Shown: one piece after another, positions 53,346 to 64,000 of the stretch
Numbering within the stretch: position 1 is the first letter of the stretch
How the letters are laid out: each line of letters begins with the position of its first letter
Notes under the pieces: generated by a model
Database searches by the model: none
Seen by the model: only the letters and a program-made list of their open reading frames with translations
Told to the model about the DNA's origin: nothing
Program-made: the position numbers and the translations under genes
DNA from: Octopus vulgaris
Taxonomy: Eukaryota
Assembly: GCA_951406725.2 (NCBI GenBank)
Contig: OX597821.1
Coordinates: 59,086,001-59,150,000 of the forward strand
Length of the DNA: 64,000 nucleotides
Direction: 5' to 3'

Positions 53346-56207
53346 AATAACTAGAGCAGCATTACACTTACTGCTTAGGAATGACCATGTATTTATATAG
53401 TCTATCTATGAAATTAGCCCTGCAATGTCTTGTGATGGGTGATTGAATTAACATTAAGATTTACTCATCTGACACCAGAGACTTCATTTTTACAAAAAAA
53501 TATTTTATATAACATCAAATATGGTATATAACTAAATATCACAGAAAATTTTGTCCATCACTTTGCTAATTCTGACACTCCACAATCTTCACTGGATTAA
53601 ATAAGGAATTAAAATTTTTTTGATCCTTTGGATGAAGTGGGACACCTTATCATTTTCATATATTTATAAATGGCTATTAATTCTTCCTTATAGATGTTTC
53701 TTGTCTTTCTTACTTTCATTGTGATACACAAATAAATCATATTTTCATCTGCATAATCTTTGATCATTTTCAGCATTAGTTGAGATTGAAATTATGAACA
53801 TTTATTTCAAATCTCAGTGTCCAATACTCTTAACTCCAAGGCTTTTCTCACTATCAGAGTTTATCTTACTAAAAGCAAATGCAGTGAACTGCACAGAATT
53901 GTACATAATTATATAGATGTCATTATCAAAATATAGTTACTAACCTTTAAATTGACATGATTCCATCATAGGGGGACAATAATTAAGCCGAGCTAAAAGT
54001 ATTGAGCCATGACATTTAGAAGAATACTCAAGCATTTAATTAAAGACTTTTTACATATGTAAAATGTGGCACTTAAAGATATTTGAAAATGACACTTATA
54101 AAAGTAATTTGTGAAAGAATTAAGAAACAAAAAATAATTTAAAAGTCTGAATAACCTTTACTATTTTTTGTAACAGTATGGATGCCATGCTGTATTTTTG
54201 GTCAATACAGACAAGATACATTGGAGTAGATCTGGTCTTTAAAGCAAACTGGAGTAAGTAATGAATATATTTTGGTCCTAATAGATCTCTTCAGCAAACT
54301 CCAGTGACTTAGTGGACAAGAATGTTATAACCCTTAGTTTAGAATTAATGGCTCTTAACTGAAATTTAGTCTGCCTCGACCCTGGAAATTTGTTTTACAC
54401 AACCAACTCATGACACTCAATGATCCATTGATATCAAACATCAAAAGCAGAATGCTATCAATCACCTTCTGACCTCATTTACACCTTTCTCACAGTAGTC
54501 TCACTTCCAAAGACTATAATACAGATTAAACAAGCTTCATACAACTTGTATTTTGTTCATAAAGAGAAGCCTTTTTTTTTTTTCCAGCAGAGAGAGCAGT
54601 TCATAAAACTATATCTATCTGGCCGTTATTTTTCTGTTCAGATTTAAGATTGTAGCCAACCCATTGCATGTCTCTATTTTCAGTCTTCTCCATCTTTTGC
54701 AGATTACACAACTTTCTGATTCTAAACTCATTTCCAACACATTTGTATTGGATAGCTTGGAAAATTTAGAATTCCCTCGCTAGTAAGTGGAATGCTTTAC
54801 ATCATCAACATTTAACATATGTTGTCCATGCTGGCATAGGTTGGACAGTTTGATCAGTGCTGGTAAGCTGAGGGGCTGCACCAGACTCCCATCTGATTTA
54901 GCATAGTTAGACTGAAGTCTGTCCAATTGTACATAAATCTAAACATCAACCAATATTATTAGATAGATTTTAGGCAGTGAGCTAGCAGAATCATTGACAT
55001 ACTACATTGACATACTAGGCAAAATGCTTAAGGGCATTTCATGTCTTTATCTATTGAGTTCAAATTCTGCCAAGGTCAGTTTAGCCATTAATCCTCTTGC
55101 AGCCAATAAAATAAGTACCAGTTAAGCGTTGGGGTTGATGTAATGAACTTCTCCACCTATCAAAATTGCTGGCCTGCCTTATGCCCAAATTAGAAAAGAT
55201 TATTAAAGCTCAACCTCTTAAATCGTTTTTTGGAGAAAAGATTTCCTTCACTGGCTGGTTGTCTCTGTAATTCTCGGAGATATTGGAATAATAAACATAA
55301 CTTGAATGACAATTTTAGTGTGTTTTCAGTGTTCTGCTACCATCACTGCTGAAGAAGTTATTTATAGGAATATGCAACACCAAACCATTAACTTAACATT
55401 GACATTTCTAATTCATTTAACAGTTCTAACAAACTAGAAAATTATAAATTAACTATTTCAGACTAAACTCAACTACATTTACATGCACACATACACACAC
55501 GCTTGCACATGCATGCTGGGAAATAAGTTTACGAATTCTATAAAGCTGGAAGGATAAATTTCTGCCAATAGGTATTAAATATTCAGGAATGATTCCAATT
55601 ATTTTGTTTATATACATCTAAATTAATAAATCAATCATTCTCGTCATCATTTTATATTCATTTTTTTCCATATGCAGTATCTTGCCATTTATTATGGCCC
55701 GCTATCATCACCTTTATGAGATTCACATCTGAGGATCAGCCATCAATACTTTTTCCGTATACTCCTTGACTTTCCTCTTTCACAGATTCCTTGAAATGAT
55801 AATGTTTATATAGCGTTGTGTGACTAGGGTACTGGTAAACCAGTTGAGACATCCAGAGGCTGTCTGTATCCTGTTTCTAGCCACGGTACTGTGTTAATTC
55901 TTAAATGCCAAAAACATGTATCATCATCATCATCATCATCACAATCATCATCATACTAATATCCACTTTTCCATGCTTGCATAGTTTGGAAGAAGTTTAT
56001 TGAGACAAAATTTCAACAGCCAGATCTCCTTGCTGCCAATTCTTACTAGTTTCCAAGCAAGGTAATATTTCCCCATGGCCTGAAATATTTTCACAGATTA
56101 TTGGAAACGAACAACATTTATTAACAATAATTATGTGATGTCAAAACAGGAAGAGCCAAACACACACACACACACAAATTAGAAGATGCTTATCCAAGGT
56201 TCTACAC

Positions 56208-56339
56208 CAGTATTTCTCAACCATTTTACCCTTGCGTGATCCTTAAAATAAATTACATATCTCAAGGAACCCCTGCACAAAAAAATTACACACCATATCT
56301 TTCTCATATTTTTTCATTGTAGTTCACATGGTAAATATC

Positions 56340-56389
<50 letters not shown>

Positions 56390-58147
56390 ATGTATATATA
56401 TATTCATATATGTATATCATTTATTATTATTATACATGCACACACACACAATCAGAACTAGAGGAGAAGTTTCAGGTGTGGAAGCAAGGATTGGAATTGA
56501 AGGGCCTTAGAGTCAACCTAGCTAAAACCAAAGTCCTAATAAGTAGGAAGGCAGGCAAACCACAAATCCCTTCAGATAGATGGCCCTGCTCGATCCATAG
56601 AAAAGGTGTAGGTAGAAACTCTATAAGATGTATCCAATGTAAGCTATGGACACATAAGAGGTGCAGCAATATCAAAAGAAGGCTAACTAGGAAGATAGTT
56701 TCTGTATGTGGCAGATGCTCAGGAGAAATAAACACTGAAAATGTGCAGAGAACAACTTCTGCTACATTCCAGGGAGAAAAACTAGAAGTAGTTGATAGCT
56801 TCTGTTACCTAGGTGACCAAGTCAGTAGCAGTGGCGGGTGTTCTGAAAGCATTGCTGCTAGAATAAGAATAGCCTGGGCAAAATTCAGAGAGCTCCTACC
56901 TCTGCTGGTGACAAAGGGTCTCTCAGTCAGAGTAAAAGGTAGACTGTATGACGCATGTGTATGAACAGCCATGGCAGTGAAACATGGGCTGTGACTGCTG
57001 AGGATATGCGTAAGCTTGCAAGGAACGAAGCCAGTATGCTCCGCTGCATGTGTAATGTCAGTGTGCATACTTGACAGAGAGAAAAGTTGGACTTAAGAAG
57101 TATCAGATGTGGTTTGCAAGAGAGACAACTGCGCTGGTATGGTCATGTGGTGAGAATGGATGAGGATAGCTGTATGAAAAAGTGTCACACCCTAGCGGTT
57201 GAGGGAACCTGTGGAAGAGGTAGACCCAGGAAGACTTGAGATGAGGTGGTGAAGCACGACCTTCAAACATTAGGCCTCACCGAAGCAATGACTAGTGACC
57301 GAGACCTTTGGAAATCTGTTCTGTTTGAGAAGACCCAGCAAGCCAAGTGAGACCATAACCCGTGGCCTATGGCAGTGGTATAACCAGCCCACTTATGCGT
57401 ACCTTTCCTTCATTGGACACTAAATTCTGCTTGAGAAGACCTGTTGAGGCAAGTGAAATTGAAATCAAATTCTATGACTGGCATCCGTGCTTGTGAAGCA
57501 CTAAGAGCACCATCCGAGTGAGATTGTTGCCAAGGCCACTGACTGGCTCCCATGCCAGTGGCACGTAAAAAGCACCATTTGAGCATGATCATTACCAGTG
57601 TCGCATTACTGGCACTTGTGCTGATGGTACATGAAAGACAAAATTCGAGCAAGATCATTGCCAGTGCCGCTAGACTGGCTCCTGTGCAAGTGGCACGTAA
57701 AACACACCATTTGAGCATGGCTGTTGCCAGTACCGCCTGACTGGCCCTCATGCCAAGTGGCATGTAAAAGCACCCACTACACTCTCGGATTGGTTGGCGT
57801 TAGGAAGGGCATCCACATGTAGAAACTCTGCTAGATCAGACTGAAGCCTGGTGCAGCCATCTGGCTTGTTAGCCCTCAGTCAAACCGTTCAGCCCATGCC
57901 AGCACGGAAAGCGGACGTTAAACGATGATGATGTATGTATATATAGGGTGTCCATAAATTACAGACGTCACTAAAATATATCCCTAATGGCTGTTATTTT
58001 TGTTTTTTTGATAACATAATAGGTTAGATAGGATGATGTCTGTATTACATTATTACAATAACCAATAATATGTTGTGCATGCATAGTAATATTACAAATC
58101 TTTCTCATAGAAGGAACTTTTTGCAGAACCCTGGTTGAGAAATGCTG
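56208..58147. mobile_element. hAT (Charlie-like) MITE interrupted by an RTE LINE
   Basis: TIRs cagtatttctcaacc / ggttgagaaatgctg (14/15). The 8-bp TSD is ttctacac (56200-56207) / ttctatac (58148-58155). Confidence 0.8.
56450..57932 (+). mobile_element. 5'-truncated RTE LINE: RT C-terminus with PHD-like insert, 3'UTR tandem repeats and (GAT)n tail
   Basis: ORF 56350..56964 reads KGLRVNLAKTKVL...LEVVDSFCYLG...RIRIAWAKFRELLPLL. Stops and frameshifts follow downstream. Confidence 0.9.
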
Positions 58148-59258
58148 TTCTATACAGTGGGACTGAATCCAGAACCATGTGGTTAGAAAACAAAATTCTC
58201 AACCACACATTTACACCTGTGCCTACATCAACCAACCACACCTGCACTGGTGAAAATGGATTAAAACTCCATTTCTCTCTGGAACAGTCAACTGAAACAC
58301 AGAAAACTACAAAAGGAATGAGTTCAAATGATTTTTTTAGTATTCTACTAATGACAATCACAGCTGACTTTGTCAACAGAGTCAGCTGTTTTATCTCATA
58401 CAAAGTACTACAATCTCTTTAGATCTTGCTCACTTAGCTGTAAGGAAATTGTTGTTTTATTTCAGGTCAGTTCTGACTAAGCAGATCTGTAATCAGAAGA
58501 GTTTAAGACATGGTCACTCCATTCAAGTATAAGATAGAATGTATTCAAGATTACATTATCCTGGCCATATAGATATATTTTTTTCTATTTTTATGATTGT
58601 AAGGACTGTAAGGCATAATTTGAGGAAGACTTTGCTCTCATTTCTAATATGTAGAACAACCACAATGTTTAACTTGATCTGCAAATAAGTAGTATTAAAG
58701 CAAGCAATTCACTGTTGGAAGCACTAAGAAGGTTGTTTTACTGATAGCAGTTTCATTAGCTTGCTGTGCAGAGCTCGACATTTCAGATGTGTTTGACAAT
58801 AGAATAAGACAATTGCCTGCTGTTTGAATGTTGGTGATTTGGCATGGCTGACAGAACAATGAAACCGTTTGGATTATAGTACTTTTTGACACTGGAGGCA
58901 AACACACACACACACACACAGAAATATACACATTGAATGAGAAAGAAGCATTGCAATTTATTAATTGATCATGATTGATATAATAATTTTCCCTCTCCCT
59001 ATACATGTAAAGAGAAATATGTGCACACACATAAACAGAGAGAGAGAAAGAAAACAAGAGAAGCATTAAAGTGTCTATTATCAAATAAGTCATCATCGAA
59101 TCAGTAAAGCCAAAATTGGCTAATCTCAGCTTTATGTTCAAAAGTGTTGATAAACTAAGATGAACTATATTACTCCCATGGAAATTTGCTAAAAACCTTT
59201 CTCCATATATGAGTCAATTTTTTTGTATCATCACAACTTGTGTCATATACTTGTATTC

Positions 59259-59870
59259 TTTTACTTGTTTCAGTCATATGACTGCGGCCATGCTAGAGCA
59301 CTGCCTTTAGCTGAGCAAATTGACCCCAGGACTTATTCTTTGTAAGCCTAGTACTTATTCTATCGGTTCTCTTTTGCCAAACTAAGTTATTGGGATGTAA
59401 ACACTCCAGTATTGGCTGTCAAGCGATGCCAGGGGGTGGGGGGATACACACACACACATAGTTGGAATTTACAAAAAAGCAAACAAAACAAAAGATGAAG
59501 ATGGGTATGTAAACAACAAACAGATGTATTAGTTTAATGCTCAGGAAGTGAGAAAGCTTTTTACATTTCAAGCCTATGCTCTTCAACAGAAAGGAACACA
59601 GAAATAAGCAGAGAGAGAAAATAAGAAAGGTTTAGTGGCTAGCGATCAATCATGGTGAATGCTGGAGAGGTGGTCAGACAGGAGAGCTAGGAAGAAGGAT
59701 ATATATATATACGAGCTTCTTTCAGTTTCCGTCTAACAAATCCACTCACACAGCTTTGGTCAGCCCGAGGCTATAGTAGAAGACACTTGCTCAAGGTGCC
59801 ATGCAGTGGGACTGAACCCAGACCCATATGGTTAGGAAGCAAGCTTCTTATCACACAGCCACTCCTGCAC
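59259..59870 (-). mobile_element. Family-A SINE split by a Penelope-like relic (about 59460-59700)
   Basis: SINE tail at 59259-59458 and head at 59700-59870. The insert contains a decayed hammerhead at 59557-59593. Confidence 0.75.
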
Positions 59871-60345
59871 CTATGTTTAGTTATATGGTCACAACTTCCT
59901 CCTATCCTAGGGCAAGTAACATCCGATTTTACCATTTCAATAAAACGAAGATAGAAAATAAGCAGCTTCTGAGATTTTGTATAATTTTTCAAATGATTGA
60001 GATTTCAACCTTACTTTTTCGAAATGGAAATTAAATATTTGCTTATACATAAGTGTAGTATGAGTGTATGGTTAAAAAGCTTGCTTTGCAACTATGTGGT
60101 TTTGGGTTCAGTTCCATTGCATGGCACACTGACCAATGCCTTGTGAGTGAATTTGGTAGACAGAAACTGTATGAAAACTGTCGTATACATATGTATATGT
60201 GTCTTCGTGTTTATTCTTCCCACTGGTTGACAACCAGTGTTGGTTTGTTTACATCACCCTATATTAGCAGTTCAGTAAAAAAGACCAATAAAATAAGCAC
60301 CAGACTTTATAAGATAAATACTGGGGTCAGTTTATTTAACTAAAC

Positions 60346-60642
60346 CAGGGCTTCTCACCCATTTTTTACCTATGGACCCCTTTGGTTACTGTTTTATTCC
60401 AGTGGACTCTCACAACCATTCAATGTTTGAAAACTAATTTTATAGATACTTCTTTCAAAATTCCGTTTTCTTATTCACATATTCACTTGTGTAGGTTGAA
60501 CTGTATGAAACATTAAAGAAACCTAGCTCTTTCTTGCAATAGATACATCGAAAACAAAAAAATTTCATAGACCCAATTTACTATTTTGCATGTGTGAAAC
60601 CCCCTACCCCAATCTTATATGGACCCTGATTGAGAACTACTG
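60346..60642. mobile_element. hAT-like MITE inserted in the tail of a family-A SINE (about 60066-60705, plus)
   Basis: Termini cagggcttctca / tgagaactactg. The 8-bp TSD is aactaaac / aattaaac, and SINE sequence resumes after the TSD. Confidence 0.7.
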
Positions 60643-63600
60643 AATTAAACCCTTCAAATCGGTACCCTAGAATGGCCGCAGTCCAGTGGTTGAACTCACT
60701 AAAAGTTATGAGATATTTAACAAATCTATGCCCAGTAATTCTCGATGCAATTAGAAAATCGTAAACTTTAAAAAAAAAATTTGTAACGCAATAAACTATA
60801 CTCTTCTTGTTAAATTTTTATTCCATATGCTAAACATACAGAGCTTTTCATTCTTTAACCCTACTCTAGCATTCAAGAGCAGAAGTGGGGGTAACTAGTA
60901 TCAAGGCGCGAATTTACAAGTGCACAAGAACCTACAGGGAACCGCATTTCTGCTGAGATAAACGACTCTAATTATATAAGTTCCTAGGTACGCAACTTGT
61001 ATTAAATTACTGTCTTCATTTAAGATTTAAACCATTTTCATCTTTTTGTGTGTGCTTCGTCAACAGACGGTTTTCAAATTTAAAAGCAGGTAAGGGGTTC
61101 TCCACTCTGCTTTAGAACTTGTCATACTGAATAAACTGAAGCTGTTTTTTTTTATTTTTCTGAGGGCAAATACATAAAGCATTATATGATATACATATAA
61201 TACAACCACTTCTACGCAATGTGTGTGTGTGAAACTTCCGCATGTGGAAGTGTAATCCAAAGATGCGTTCGTGTGTGTTTAAAAAAATGAGAAAGTACAA
61301 CGGAACAGCATGTATCTAGCTGCGAAATTATAAATCACAGTTAATGGGGGCAGGGAGACATATTCTAGATAGCTTTAAACTATATGCTCTGGTGATTGTC
61401 GACCTTTCGCAGTCGCCATGGGTTCATGATAACTAGATCATGTGGAATAGCCGTTCACACAGCAAAAATGACCACCATATGGCAAATATTTTGTTATTGA
61501 AGTGATAAGGCCATCGATGAAGAGGGAGGTCTGTGTGAAAAATGCCTGATTGCAGTTATTCTTACTGTTGTCGTCGCTGTAACGCCCTTTCCACCTCCTC
61601 CTATCACTCCTACTACCATTTCATGTTAACGTACGTGTTCCTCCGCGGCCGCCTTACACCCAACTCTGCCTCCCACTATCACCTTTAACTAATTAGTCTT
61701 ACTAACAACAATGTGCTTGTGCACTCAAATCAATCACACCCCTTCGGCTTTTCTCTCTTTTCCCTTTGATTTATAACCTTATTTATTATAATTAATATAT
61801 ATATATATATATTAATGCTTGCTATGATTTGAGGTTTGTTTCTTTCTTAAGTTGTTACAATATGTAGTAGTAGAAGTAGTAGTAGTTGTAGTAGAAATAT
61901 AATTTGCATTCACTCATTATGCCTTATTCTATTTTTGACTAAATGTTTACATTTCCTTGAAGAAAAATCTGTCACCCCATCAAACTATATTATTTTTAAA
62001 TTAATAAAAATGTTCATTACTGAGAACAATTCATTACGCTTTTATTATTTTTAAGAAAGTTTTTTTCCCCTGTTCTTGAAATACGTGTGTTCAAAAATAT
62101 AAGCTCAACGTTAAATAACAGCTTCGGCTGTCTTCAGCAACTTCTAAATACATCCATATTTCCTTTCGATAAACGATTTATATGTTAATATGTGTGATTT
62201 AAGAAAATGACAGCAATAAGGTTTCGCGTAATGTATGCAGCGAAAAGGACACATTGAATCTAAACTACTACGTTACTAGGTATTTTATCACTGTACAACC
62301 AAACCATAATATTAGTCGTAAGAAATATCTTTAAGAGTGCTGAATCGGTTTGAGGAAGGTGGGGTCATTAGGTTTGATGTTTGATCCTCAAAAGCCGGTG
62401 GTTATGCTGTTGCTAAATGATCTCACTCGACCTTTTTTTTTTTTTATAGAAGACATAAAACCGACAATATGTGACAAAAATTAAAGAGACAGCAAATTAC
62501 CGCCTTATTTTCTCAGTCAGTCTAAATGTTAGTGACTCAAATTGCTTTTGCGAAATTTATTTTCTCAGCCGCATTAATTGAATTTTAAAATGGCGAGACA
62601 TTTTTTTTCTCTCTATAGTAGCTGTACATAATTATTAATTATATTAGCCCCATAACCATTCAAGTTTGTAAATAACCTGCATATTGTTATAGTATTTCAG
62701 AAAAATCTCTTATTTAGGAAAATAAAACGAAGTTATTTTTCATAACACAGTCGTCGAAAGCTAGCTAGTACTGATGCAGTAGAGTTTGAATAGATTTCTC
62801 CCTCCAAACACATTGTTCCACATTGTGATGAGTCAGGGTCGAAGATATGACAAGGTGTTTAAAGATGTAATTAAACGATTAACTTTAGTGTGGTTTGTTG
62901 ATTTAGGTGATGGTGACAATAAACATCGAACGCCCATTTTGGTGTGGCCAGCTCGGTGGATCAGGGCGGGTCGCTCTATCTTTTGGTACACATTCTTAAA
63001 CTCAACTCCTCTTTTGTATATCGCCTCACTCATCATCCTTTTCGCAGTCGTTGCCACAATCATCATCACTTACATCATTAACCATCATCGTAAACACCAT
63101 CATCTACATCACAACTTACATCATTACCTTCGCGACCGTTTATTATCATTAATCATCTTACAACATTAACTTACTATGTCAACACTCATTAAGCATCATC
63201 ATCATCATCATCATCAAAAATTTAATCAGAGTAATATTGAATTTAAATTTAGCAGTGGTTTGCTGGCCTATTGTTTTGGTAAAATAGAGTAACTTTTCTC
63301 TCGTGCAAGAGATTCATTTATTGAAGAAACCGAGTAGTTATAATATAGCAAAATACATACAGCGGCAAAGTAACTATGTATACACGCGCGCGCATGCACA
63401 CATATTACACAACTACATACATACATACATACACTCATGCCTCGCAGTATTGAGTACTTTCTTTCGTTTAAATGCATTTCATATCTGTGGGATACTATCA
63501 ATCCATTTTTACTACTGTTCATTAGTTTGTTCATAGCTTCCTTATAGTAGCAAGCTTGGTGGACCCATTACTTGCTGTATATGTGTGCTGCAACCGTGTT

Positions 63601-63659
63601 GTGTAAACACACACACAGACACGTGCGTGTGTCCGTATGTGTACACAGTACGATTCCAG

Positions 63660-63715
<56 letters not shown>
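63660..63715. repeat. (TA)n microsatellite
   Basis: Seen directly. Confidence 0.9.
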
Positions 63716-63716
<1 letters not shown>

Positions 63717-64000
63717 CCTGTCCATACGTGTTTTGGACACGAACAACCAACACGTAGTGTTTCTAGTAAGACCTTTGCTACTAGAAATTAGCAATAACAG
63801 AATTGCATAGTAGTAAAAACTAACAACAGATAAAATAAAATGAAGGGGAGGAGGCTGTGTGTGTGTTGTTTTTATTGCCATTGTGGTTATCAATGTAAAC
63901 CGCCACTAGATATTTTTTTTTTAAATGTTAGAAGTAGTAGACATAGCGACAGAAGCTGTAGAACAGAACCGTTGTAAAGAGACGAAAAGATGATACTAGT

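Noticed and set aside
62786-63169. Overlapping ORFs of 127 aa (plus) and 78 aa (minus)
   Set aside because: No recognisable motif. The His-rich part derives from (CAT)n-like low-complexity sequence.

Overview
AT-rich, repeat-dense eukaryotic genomic DNA. The tRNA-derived SINE families, RTE-type LINE fragments with (ATC)n tails and very long (TA)n microsatellites suggest an octopus/coleoid cephalopod (inference). The main feature is a complete 7-exon minus-strand Sp1-4 class transcription factor gene: CDS 39804->12811, 806 aa by my splice assembly, with an Sp box, Q-rich domains, a buttonhead box and three C2H2 fingers. Its intron 2 is 19.7 kb. The 3' end of a convergent plus-strand gene encoding a CAP-Gly domain lies at 801-3370 (possibly to 5033). 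The rest is SINEs, RTE fragments, MITEs (hAT-, piggyBac- and Tc1-like), nested insertions and microsatellites. The most notable non-gene signal is a TSD-flanked insertion at 3963-4241. It contains a 78-bp inverted repeat, and each arm reads as a minimal hammerhead ribozyme with a compensatory G3-C8 core. Further decayed minimal hammerheads occur in Penelope-like relics. Most short ORFs in the supplied track are microsatellite or repeat artefacts. All coordinates were read by eye, so repeat boundaries are approximate.
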